32,000 bases of DNA from Geobacter metallireducens GS-15 (GTDB lineage: Bacteria > Desulfobacterota > Desulfuromonadia > Geobacterales > Geobacteraceae), in assembly GCF_000012925.1 (NCBI RefSeq), contig NC_007517.1, positions 840,001-872,000 on the forward strand, in the 5' to 3' direction. The stretch's first letter is position 1. Each line of letters opens with the position of its first letter. The position numbers and the translations under genes were made by a program. The notes beneath the pieces are model-generated. The model did not search any database and was not told the origin of the DNA. It was given only the letters and a program-made list of their open reading frames with translations. This document shows positions 18,077-25,727 of this stretch, piece after piece.

Positions 18077-20740
18077 TCATTCTTCTTTCCGCCCCTGCAG
18101 CAGTTTTTTGACCTCATCCCTGAGTTCCTCTTCCAGCTTCTTGAATGGCGTGATGTCGGTCATGGTGATTACCACCCCGTCGATCACATCACTCACCGTG
18201 CGGTACGGCATGATCCGAACCGAGAACCAACGTCCGTCGTTGGTGGTCACCTGCTTTTCCGAATAGACCAGCGTCCGGAGCACTGCCTCGGCATCGTCGG
18301 TCAGTTCAGGGTAGCTGAGATCGTTGACGATGTCGGTGAGGGGGCGCCCCACATCGCTTGGGATCAGCTTGAACAGCTTGCTGGAGGCGTTGGCGAAGCG
18401 GCGGATGTTCAGCTTGCTGTCCAGGAAGATGGTGGCCACCTCGGTGCTGTTGAGGAAGTTCCGCATGTCGTCGTTCAGGTGCGACAGTTCATCCACCTTG
18501 GCCTGCTGCTCGGAGTTCACCGTCTGCAGTTCCTCGTTCATGGACTGCATCTCCTCCTTGGAGGTGGTCAGCTCTTCGTTGGTGGACTGCAACTCCTCGT
18601 TTATAGATTGTAACTCCTCATTCGAGGCTTTCAACTCTTCCTGTGAGGTTTGCATCTCCTCCCGCGTGGTCTGCAATTCCTCAAGGGTAATCCGGAGCTT
18701 CTCCTGGGTCTGCTGCAGTTCCAGTTCCAGTTCGCCAATCCGGGCGGTTACGGCATCCGATGACTTGACGCCGCGTTTCTTGACCGGAGATTCCTGACAG
18801 GGCTCCAGATCCTTGAAAATGATCATGGCCATCCCCTGCAGTTCCGGCTCTTCCATCTTCTGGACAATAAGGTCGAGGGTTTGGGGATGCCCGTTGCCGC
18901 TGATCCGGATGTTCCGCGTGATAACCGGCGCATTCTGCCGCATTGCCTTGTGGAATGCGGCGAGCAGTTCGGGGCGTAACCCCTCCCGGGCCATGGCGAA
19001 AACGTTAATGTTCGCTTTCCCCACCGGCGGCTCGAGATATTTACCGATCCGGGCGCTGATGTAGACGATGTCCCCTTCCTCGTTCACGAGAACAGCGGGG
19101 GGGGAGTGCTTTTGCAGCAGGATTCGGTCGGCCAGGACCTGGAAGTTGATCTCGGGTTTCACGGGCGAGAGCTCCTTGTGGGAGGCTGTCGCAAGGGGGA
19201 ACGTTGAGGGGAACGACGCCAGACTCGCCCGGCTGACGCCGTTGTCCCGTCTGAAAAGCCTCAATTTGGCATTGACGGCCGTGAAAAGCTCGGCACTGGC
19301 GCCGAGGGTCTCGGCACTGCCGAGAAACAGCACCCCTCCCGGGTTGAGAACGTAGTGGAAGAGGGGGAGGAGTTTCTTTTGCATTTCAACGTCCAGATAG
19401 ATCAGCAGATTGCGGCAGATGAGAATGTCGAGCTTGGTGAAGGGGGGATCGGTGATAACGTTCTGGGTGGCGAACGTGACCATTTCACGGATTTCCTTCT
19501 TGATCCGGTACCCGTCTTCATCCTTGACGAAATAACGGTTCAGCCGCTCGGCGGAAACATCACTGGCAATGTTGGGGAGAAAGAGCCCCAGCCGGGCCTT
19601 GTCTATGGCGTCCCGGTCGAGATCGGTGGCAAAGACTTGCAGGCTGAAATGGGCCTTGGGTTTGACCTGCTCCAGGACTTCCCTGAAGATGATGGCCAGG
19701 GAATAGGCCTCTTCGCCGGTGGAGCACCCGGCCGACCATGCCCGCAGTACCCCCCCCTCCGGGTGGCTGGCCAGCAAATCCGGAATTACCTCGTTTTTTA
19801 GGTTTTCCCACGCGGCAGGGTCCCTGAAAAAACTGGTCACGCCAATGAGGAACTCCTTGAAGAGCAGTTCCAGTTCCTGGTGATTCGCCTGGATGTAGCG
19901 CACGTAGCCGGCGATGGAATCTATCTGGTGAATCCCCATTCGCCGCTCTATCCGGCGGTAGAGGGTACTCTTCTTGTAAAGGGAGAAATCGTTCCCCGTC
20001 TCGCTCCGGAGCAGGATGACGATCTTGTCGAGGGCACTCAGCTCCTTGTCCTCCAGTTTCGTCTTCTGCTGCGAAGGTGCGGGGGTGTGCTGGAGAAAGT
20101 CCATGATTTTCCCGGGGATATTCTCGGCCCGGGCAACTATGTCAGCAAGACCGAAACTGATGGCGCTGTTGGGCATGCCGCTGAACTTGGCCGAGTCGGG
20201 GTCCTGCACCAGGGTGAGCCCCCCCTTCTCCTTGATGGCCCTCAGCCCTAAGGTGCCGTCCGATCCCATGCCGGAAAGGATTACGCCGATGCTCCGCTCC
20301 TTGCAGTCTTCGGCAAGGGAGCGGAAGAAGTGGTCGATGGGGAGGCGCTGGCCCCGGGGTTCGGAGGCCTCGAACAGGTGCAGCACCCCGTGGAGGATCG
20401 ACATGTCGCGATTGGGGGGGATGACGTAGACGGAGTCAGGCCTGACTCGACTCCGGTCCTTGACCGCCGTTACCTTCATGCTGGTGACCCGCTGCAGCAG
20501 TTCGGGCAGGAGCGCGATATGGTCCGGGTCGAGATGCTGGATCACCACAAAGGCCAGGCCGCTGTTCTGGGGGACGTGCTCAAGGAACTGTGTCAGGGCC
20601 TCCAGCCCCCCGGCGGACGCCCCGATGGCGACGATGGGGAAATGCGTTTCATCACTTTTCCGCTCAGGTTCGGGAGCTGAAGGGGCGGGGGTGGGGGGCT
20701 TTTTCCCCGCAACGGAGGTCTTGGTGGACTTTTTTGTCAT
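18077..20740 (-). CDS. CheB methylesterase / CheR methyltransferase fusion protein with coiled coil and C-terminal PAS
   Basis: ORF 18077..20740, with GGAGAC upstream. The CheB domain shows VAIGASAGGLEAL, VVIQHLDP and LSGMGSDGT. The CheR domain shows FFRDPAAW and RAWSAGCSTGEEAYSLAI. The coiled coil has EELQ heptads, and the PAS segment is ATIFLDSKLNIRRF. Confidence 0.9.
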   Translation of the reverse strand: MTKKSTKTSVAGKKPPTPAPSAPEPERKSDETHFPIVAIGASAGGLEALTQFLEHVPQNSGLAFVVIQHLDPDHIALLPELLQRVTSMKVTAVKDRSRVRPDSVYVIPPNRDMSILHGVLHLFEASEPRGQRLPIDHFFRSLAEDCKERSIGVILSGMGSDGTLGLRAIKEKGGLTLVQDPDSAKFSGMPNSAISFGLADIVARAENIPGKIMDFLQHTPAPSQQKTKLEDKELSALDKIVILLRSETGNDFSLYKKSTLYRRIERRMGIHQIDSIAGYVRYIQANHQELELLFKEFLIGVTSFFRDPAAWENLKNEVIPDLLASHPEGGVLRAWSAGCSTGEEAYSLAIIFREVLEQVKPKAHFSLQVFATDLDRDAIDKARLGLFLPNIASDVSAERLNRYFVKDEDGYRIKKEIREMVTFATQNVITDPPFTKLDILICRNLLIYLDVEMQKKLLPLFHYVLNPGGVLFLGSAETLGASAELFTAVNAKLRLFRRDNGVSRASLASFPSTFPLATASHKELSPVKPEINFQVLADRILLQKHSPPAVLVNEEGDIVYISARIGKYLEPPVGKANINVFAMAREGLRPELLAAFHKAMRQNAPVITRNIRISGNGHPQTLDLIVQKMEEPELQGMAMIIFKDLEPCQESPVKKRGVKSSDAVTARIGELELELQQTQEKLRITLEELQTTREEMQTSQEELKASNEELQSINEELQSTNEELTTSKEEMQSMNEELQTVNSEQQAKVDELSHLNDDMRNFLNSTEVATIFLDSKLNIRRFANASSKLFKLIPSDVGRPLTDIVNDLSYPELTDDAEAVLRTLVYSEKQVTTNDGRWFSVRIMPYRTVSDVIDGVVITMTDITPFKKLEEELRDEVKKLLQGRKEE
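18524..18691 (-). repeat. Eight tandem 21-nt coding units (heptads xxNEELQ) inside the CheBR gene
   Basis: Minus-strand translation gives ITLEELQ TTREEMQ TSQEELK ASNEELQ SINEELQ STNEELT TSKEEMQ SMNEELQ. The DNA units all have the form CTGCA(A/G)(C/T)TCCTC.... Confidence 0.8.
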
Positions 20741-20774
20741 CTATGGTCTCCGTAACGTTTCGTTAGAGTTAAAA

Positions 20775-20803
20775 ATAATATCCGCAGCAGTGGTGATTGG
20801 CAA
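20775..20803 (-). promoter_or_regulatory. Candidate sigma70 promoter of the CheBR operon
   Basis: The minus strand reads TTGCCA (20803-20798), a 17-nt spacer, then TATTAT (20780-20775). It sits about 35 nt upstream of the ATG at 20740. Confidence 0.4.
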
Positions 20804-20977
20804 GATAACAGGTGTGGATAGCGATAGCAAATCCCTGTCGGTTAGCCTCGTCGTTCAAGTCCTCAGAAAGGGGGAGACCCCATGAAATCAAAAAAATGAA
20901 TAGTGGCAGAGCAGTTCCTCACTTTTACGCTGAAAAGCGAATAGAAAAATGTTATTAAACAGCATGTTTTGTCGCTT

Positions 20978-20997
20978 TGGCCATGGCATTGCCATGG
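20978..20997 (+). promoter_or_regulatory. Sigma54-type -24/-12 candidate (TGGCCATGGCATTGC) embedded in a perfect 17-bp palindrome
   Basis: GG lies at 20979-20980 and GC at 20991-20992, which is the consensus spacing of TGGCAC-N5-TTGC. CCATGGCA-T-TGCCATGG (20981-20997) is a perfect palindrome. The site is 70 nt upstream of the ATG at 21062. Confidence 0.35.
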
Positions 20998-21061
20998 ATA
21001 CGCTGTAATCGTCATGACCGACAGAGTGGCTATACCGCAATCAGCCTGAGGAGGGTCTTTG

Positions 21062-21907
21062 ATGAGGCATTCGATTGGTCCAGCGTTGTCACTGGTTGCC
21101 GCATTGATGTTTTTTGCGCTGCTGACGGGGCCGTGCCGAGTGGAAGCCGCCGGGGCCGAAACCATCCGGGTGAATGGTTCCGGCAGTGCCCTGTACGTAA
21201 TGAGGCCGCTGATCAAGGCGTATCTCAAGGCCCACCCCGGAGTCCGCATCGAAATGGAAAAGCCCCTGGGGAGTTCCGGGGCCGTAAAGGCCCTTCTTGC
21301 AGGGGGGCTGGATATGGTTGTCAGCAGCAAGGTGCTCAAGTCGGAAGAGGCGGCGCAGGGAGGCATTTCCCGGGAATACGGCAAAATGCCTCTGGTCGTC
21401 GTGACAGGGAAGCAGGTATCCAAAAGGGATATCACCACGAAGGAACTGGAGGATATCTATTCCGGAAAGGTGAGAACCTGGCCCAATGGCGAGCCGATCC
21501 GGCTGGTGCTGCGGCCCGATGCCGATATCGACACCACGATCCTTGCGGGGCTCTCCCCTGCCATGGGCAAGGCGATGAAGGCGGCCCACTCCCATCCCGG
21601 CATGATTGTCGCGGTGACGGATCCCGAATCCGATGAAGCGGTCGCAAAGACTCCCGGCTCCCTGGGTACCGCCGCCCTGTCGTCGATCCTGGTGGAGAAG
21701 GCCCCTCTGAATGTTCTCGCCCTGAACGGAATCAAGCCCTCCGTGAAGACCCTGGCCAACGGGACGTATCCCCTTGCCAAGGATATCCGCTTCATCACCA
21801 CGAAGCATACTCCGCCCGCCACCCTCAAATTCATCGATTTCATCTACTCGCCTCAGGGCCGGGCCATCGCCGGTAAGGCAGGGGTTCTCGTTCCCGTGGG
21901 GCGGTAA
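21062..21907 (+). CDS. Periplasmic substrate-binding protein, PstS/PBP_like_2 fold, no cognate permease
   Basis: ORF 21059..21907. The ATG at 21062 comes after GAGGAGGG. The signal peptide is MRHSIGPALSLVAALMFFALLTGPCRVEA. The mature protein has IRVNGSGSALY, GSSGAVKALLAGGLDMVVSS and the periodicity of a type-II binding protein. Confidence 0.85.
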   Translation: MRHSIGPALSLVAALMFFALLTGPCRVEAAGAETIRVNGSGSALYVMRPLIKAYLKAHPGVRIEMEKPLGSSGAVKALLAGGLDMVVSSKVLKSEEAAQGGISREYGKMPLVVVTGKQVSKRDITTKELEDIYSGKVRTWPNGEPIRLVLRPDADIDTTILAGLSPAMGKAMKAAHSHPGMIVAVTDPESDEAVAKTPGSLGTAALSSILVEKAPLNVLALNGIKPSVKTLANGTYPLAKDIRFITTKHTPPATLKFIDFIYSPQGRAIAGKAGVLVPVGR

Positions 21908-21916
21908 AAAGGGCCT

Positions 21917-24127
21917 GTGACAACACTCTACAGATCCATAGCCCGTCTCACCACTCTCTTTGCGGGGGCCATAACCATTACCGTGGCGGTTCTGGTCCCT
22001 GCCGGCTATTTTCTGGTTTCCTACCAGTATCTGCTTGGCAGCCTCGATACCCAGGCCGAAGTCAACTCTCGGGCCGTCACCCGCCTGGTAACGGCAAATC
22101 CCGAGATGTGGCGGTATGAAGAGGTCCGGCTCATGGAGCTGTTGGAGCGCCGCAGCCGGCGGGATATCCCCGAGGTGCGGCGGGTTCTGGATCTCCAGGG
22201 GAAAACCATCGTGGCGAGTGCGGACCATTTGCGTCCGCCGGTGGTGTCGCGGCGCTATGCCATCTATGACGCCGGTCACGCGGTAGCTCAGCTGGAAATT
22301 TCCCGTTCCCTCGGCCCCCTGCTGCTCGAAACGGCCCTGGTGGCCGCCTGCGCGCTGCTGGTGGGAGGGCTCGGTTTCGTCATGCTCCGCACAATCCCCT
22401 TGCGGGCCGTCAACCAGGCTCACCAGTCCCTGGCGGAGAGCGAAGCGAAATATCGTTCCCTCTACGATTCGATGAAGGAGGGGATGGCGCTGCACCGGAT
22501 CATCTCCGACATGGAGGGCAATTCCGTCGGCTTCGAGGTGGTCGACGTAAACCCTTCGTTCGCGTCGATCCTCGGCATGGAGAAATCGGCGATTATCGGC
22601 ATGGGGGGCGAAGAGTTTTTCAGCGGTGCGCTTATGGCCCGTTTTGCCGAGATAGTTCGCGGAGCAGAGAGCGGCGAGGCGCTGATGTTCGAATTGCCCC
22701 TGCCGGAGAAAAACCTCTTTTTTGATGTGTCGGTGTTTTATCCGGATAGCGGTCTGTTTGCGACCTTGTTCGAGGATACCACGGAGCGGAAGAAGTCGGA
22801 CGAACAGATCCAGAGACTTGCCTACTACGACACCCTGACGGCGTTACCGAATCGAACCCTCTTCCTCGACCGGTTGGAACAGGCCCTTGCCGGGGCCATC
22901 CGCGATAACGGCAAGTTTGCCCTTTTCTTCATCGATCTCGACGGCTTCAAGGTCATCAATGACAACCTGGGACACGCCCAGGGGGACCTGCTCCTCACCA
23001 TGGTTTCGCAACGGCTGAGGGAAGGCATCCGCCGCAAGGACACCCTTGCCCGGCTGGGGGGCGATGAGTTCATGGTGCTGATTTCCTACGCTGGCGAAGA
23101 ACGCAATGCCGCACACCTCGCCCAGCACCTTCTGGAGAGGATTTCGCCTCCCTACGAGATCGGCAGCCGTGTCGTTTACACTTCCGCAAGCATCGGTATT
23201 TCCATCTTTCCCGATGACGGGCGCGACGCAGAGACGCTCCTGCGATGCGCCGACATGGCCATGTACGCAGCCAAGGAAGCGGGGCGCAACGGCTACCATT
23301 TCCATTCGCCGGAAATGAACCGCAAGGCCCATGAACGGATGGAACTGGAGATGAGTCTCCGGCAGGCCCTGGAGCGGGATGAGTTTTTCCTGGAGTTCCA
23401 GCCCATCATCAATGTTGGCGGAGACTGCCTGGTGGGGGCCGAAGCCCTTGTCCGCTGGCAGCATCCTGCACAGGGGAGGGTCATGCCGGGAACCTTTATC
23501 CCCCTTGCGGAAAGCTCGGGCCTGATCATTCCCCTGGGCGAGTGGGTGTTGCGGAAAGCCTGCGAGAAGATGAAGGAGTGGCGCGATGCCGGACTCCCGC
23601 CCGTCAAGCTGTCGGTCAACATCTCGGGGCGGCAGTTTGAGCAGCGCAACTTCACTGCGTTGGTCGATGAAGTTCTGAAGGAAACCGGCGTCGATGCCCG
23701 CGCGCTTCAGTTCGAGCTTACGGAAACCAGCCTCATGAAAGATGCCGGAGCCACGGTGAGCGCCCTCTACAAACTCAAGGAACTGGATCTGAGGATCGTG
23801 GTCGACGACTTCGGTACGGGGTATTCTTCCCTGGCGTATCTCAAGAACTTTCCCATCGATCACATCAAGATCGACCGCTCGTTCGTCATGGATATCTGCG
23901 ACGATCCCGACGACCGGTCCATCGTGGAAGCCATTGTCGCCATGGCAAACAAACTCAACCTCGATGTTGTGGCGGAAGGTGTTGAAACCCGCGAACAGCG
24001 GGACTTGCTTCTGGATCTCGGCTGCCACGAGATGCAGGGGTTCCTCTTCCACCGCCCGCTGCCCGAAGAAAAGTTCGTTGAACTGCTGCGGGACGTGAGG
24101 CTTTGCACTCTTCCTGCGGCGCTTTGA
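21917..24127 (+). CDS. Membrane-bound PAS-GGDEF-EAL protein (putative bifunctional c-di-GMP cyclase/phosphodiesterase)
   Basis: ORF 21917..24127 has a GTG start 9 nt after the previous stop. Two TM segments flank a loop of about 115 aa. Motifs are PAS (SLYDSMKEGMALHR), GGDEF (LARLGGDEFMVL), and EAL (GAEALVRWQHP, QFELTE, DDFGTGYSSLAYL). Confidence 0.9.
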   Translation: MTTLYRSIARLTTLFAGAITITVAVLVPAGYFLVSYQYLLGSLDTQAEVNSRAVTRLVTANPEMWRYEEVRLMELLERRSRRDIPEVRRVLDLQGKTIVASADHLRPPVVSRRYAIYDAGHAVAQLEISRSLGPLLLETALVAACALLVGGLGFVMLRTIPLRAVNQAHQSLAESEAKYRSLYDSMKEGMALHRIISDMEGNSVGFEVVDVNPSFASILGMEKSAIIGMGGEEFFSGALMARFAEIVRGAESGEALMFELPLPEKNLFFDVSVFYPDSGLFATLFEDTTERKKSDEQIQRLAYYDTLTALPNRTLFLDRLEQALAGAIRDNGKFALFFIDLDGFKVINDNLGHAQGDLLLTMVSQRLREGIRRKDTLARLGGDEFMVLISYAGEERNAAHLAQHLLERISPPYEIGSRVVYTSASIGISIFPDDGRDAETLLRCADMAMYAAKEAGRNGYHFHSPEMNRKAHERMELEMSLRQALERDEFFLEFQPIINVGGDCLVGAEALVRWQHPAQGRVMPGTFIPLAESSGLIIPLGEWVLRKACEKMKEWRDAGLPPVKLSVNISGRQFEQRNFTALVDEVLKETGVDARALQFELTETSLMKDAGATVSALYKLKELDLRIVVDDFGTGYSSLAYLKNFPIDHIKIDRSFVMDICDDPDDRSIVEAIVAMANKLNLDVVAEGVETREQRDLLLDLGCHEMQGFLFHRPLPEEKFVELLRDVRLCTLPAAL

Positions 24128-24152
24128 TTCTTGCGCTCTTGGGCGGCATTAC

Positions 24153-24207
24153 GGGACGCTGTCGGCCCAGAAGAAAGGCGGGCCGGTAAACTGGCCGGCA
24201 GCGTCCC
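24153..24207. terminator. Long GC-rich stem-loop between convergent genes; possible terminator without a U tract
   Basis: GGGACGCTGTCGGCC (24153-24167) pairs with GGCCGGCAGCGTCCC (24193-24207), 14/15 complementary. It is nested within a 7-bp outer pair GATTCTT (24126-24132) / AAGAATC (24225-24231). Confidence 0.35.
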
Positions 24208-24250
24208 CGGAATGTTCTCCTGTTAAGAATCCGAGGGCAATTCCTCGTTG

Positions 24251-25327
24251 TTATTGTTCCTTTCGTGCCCTCACCCGATGCAGCCCGAGCAGGGAAACGA
24301 GCCCGGCACCCACCAGAAGCATCGAGCTTGGCTCGGGAACTGCTTCAGGACCGGGGGGTACCGCATTTTCTGCTGGGGGTACCGGATTTCCGATCTCCCA
24401 CCCCAATACCACTCCATTCGTGGGCGTCAGGCCGAAAGCCAAGGTTTTGTCGAAATCGGCAAATGATTCCGCATCGTTGTTGGCGTCGACATAGGCCTCC
24501 AGGTACGACTCGATATCCAGCGTGTGCCCTACGATGGCCTCGAAGACGAGCGTCAGGTAGCCGGTGTCGAAACTGCGTCCCCAGTCGTAGTACATGCCTA
24601 CGCCCTGTTCCTTGGTTCCCCCGGCAAGATCATGGGAGGTTTCCGGGGTGATGTTGCTTCCGTAACTCCAGGACTCGCTCCAGTGGTTGGAGTAATTATA
24701 GCCCCAACCGGGCCCATAGACATCATAGGCTTCGGCCTCCCCGGAGGCGCCGAAAAAGGCCAGTTGGGGCGACCAGCATCCTACTTCACCCGGTCCGCAT
24801 ATGGTGACGCTGGAGTCACTGATGGCAAACCCGGCGTCGAACTCGGCATGGGCCCATCCTTTGCCCGGATAGGATCGCGCATCAGCTCCCAGCGTCCCGT
24901 CCAGCTTCATTGTTAACTGGAGGCGGGTAGTGTCCCCCGCCGAAAGCCCTGAGGTCCCCGGCAGGATTGTGGCTCTGTTTGTCGCGGTGGTAGCTATGTA
25001 TGAGGACGTAAAATAATTATTCTGGGGCCTTGAAACCGCCGAAGCCGAAATCCCCATGCGAAGCTTTCCGGCATCGGCATACCCGGAGGATGTGGCATAC
25101 GATTTATTGTCTCCAATTGAAAGCATGTCTCCCACCGGCCGGCTGAAAGAGACGCGCGCGGCAGAATCGTTGTATTCCCTGTAGTAACCCGGATTCGACG
25201 AGGACGTAGGATTATAATCTCCATACGTGTAGTATTCAGCGTATCCGAAAACCTGAGCGCTCTGGCACAGCAGGATAAGCAAAGCAGCCGCGCCAGCCCC
25301 GAACCCCGAGCGAATCCTCTTTGCCAT
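24251..25327 (-). CDS. PEP-CTERM sorting-signal protein (secreted, Tyr/Ser/Gly/Asn-rich, no recognisable enzymatic domain)
   Basis: ORF 24251..25387. I place the start at MAKRIRSGFGAGAAALLILLCQSAQVFG (25327), after GGGAGGGA. The C-terminus VPEPSSMLLVGAGLVSLLGLHRVRARKEQ shows a PEP motif, a hydrophobic helix and a basic tail. Confidence 0.8.
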   Translation of the reverse strand: MAKRIRSGFGAGAAALLILLCQSAQVFGYAEYYTYGDYNPTSSSNPGYYREYNDSAARVSFSRPVGDMLSIGDNKSYATSSGYADAGKLRMGISASAVSRPQNNYFTSSYIATTATNRATILPGTSGLSAGDTTRLQLTMKLDGTLGADARSYPGKGWAHAEFDAGFAISDSSVTICGPGEVGCWSPQLAFFGASGEAEAYDVYGPGWGYNYSNHWSESWSYGSNITPETSHDLAGGTKEQGVGMYYDWGRSFDTGYLTLVFEAIVGHTLDIESYLEAYVDANNDAESFADFDKTLAFGLTPTNGVVLGWEIGNPVPPAENAVPPGPEAVPEPSSMLLVGAGLVSLLGLHRVRARKEQ

Positions 25328-25690
25328 CTCATTCCCTCCCGAATGAATCTGAACGTTTTGTTGGCCGATCTGACTCAGTAGTTGCAATAACTGTGTCGTT
25401 TTATAACTTATTGTTATGTTTGAACTTAATTAAATTGGAATTGGCAGATGTAATGTTTTTCGACAGGTACGGACAATGGGTGGGGAAGGGTTCAACCTGA
25501 AGTGGCCACGTTGCGAGGAGGGTGGTGTGCTTGTTCTGATGGTATGGACACTGTCCTACAGCAGATAGCTATAGAATAGGCAGCACGTGCCCCATGACGC
25601 AAGCAGTCCGTGGGGCGACTTTATCCCATTCAAAAAAGTTTACAGTAATTGTCGAATTGTTTAACAGATTCCCATGCGGGAAATGCGCAC

Positions 25691-25727
25691 AAAAAAGGCT
25701 GCTCCCCGCGGGAAGCAGCCCTTTTCT
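25691..25727 (-). terminator. Rho-independent terminator of the mla operon
   Basis: AAAAAAGGCTGCTCCCC gcg GGGAAGCAGCCCTTTTC. On the minus strand the stem is followed by a T6 run. It lies 24 nt after the mlaC stop. Confidence 0.75.

Noticed and set aside
20904-20918. A sigma54-like TGGCAGAGCAGTTCC
   Set aside because: The -12 element reads TTCC instead of TTGC, so the invariant G is missing. The candidate at 20978-20992 is better.
25383-25397. A sigma54-like element upstream of the PEP-CTERM gene (minus strand GACACAGTTATTGCA)
   Set aside because: The -12 TTGCA and the spacing are good, but the near-invariant -24 GG reads GA. That is not enough to call a promoter without experimental or PWM support.
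25481-25500. A tRNA T-loop-like GGTTCAACC in the AT-rich spacer
   Set aside because: The flanking bases do not form a T-stem, and no acceptor or anticodon arms can be drawn.
25589-25616. A possible c-di-GMP (GEMM-I-like) riboswitch fragment: GACGCAAGC (25596-25604) within the hairpin GCCCCA...TGGGGC
   Set aside because: Only a 9-nt resemblance to the conserved GACGCAAAGC core. It has no GNRA-tetraloop/receptor helices, and it lies on the + strand where no gene follows. An Rfam cmscan would settle it.
25672-25684. The 13-mer CCATGCGGGAAAT occurs twice, at 25672-25684 and 31537-31549, flanking the aldehyde dehydrogenase-mla operon
   Set aside because: About 15 chance 13-mer matches are expected in a 32-kb window counting both strands. 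Restricted to intergenic DNA it is somewhat unusual (rough expectation about 0.1), but a single pair gives no basis for an operator call.
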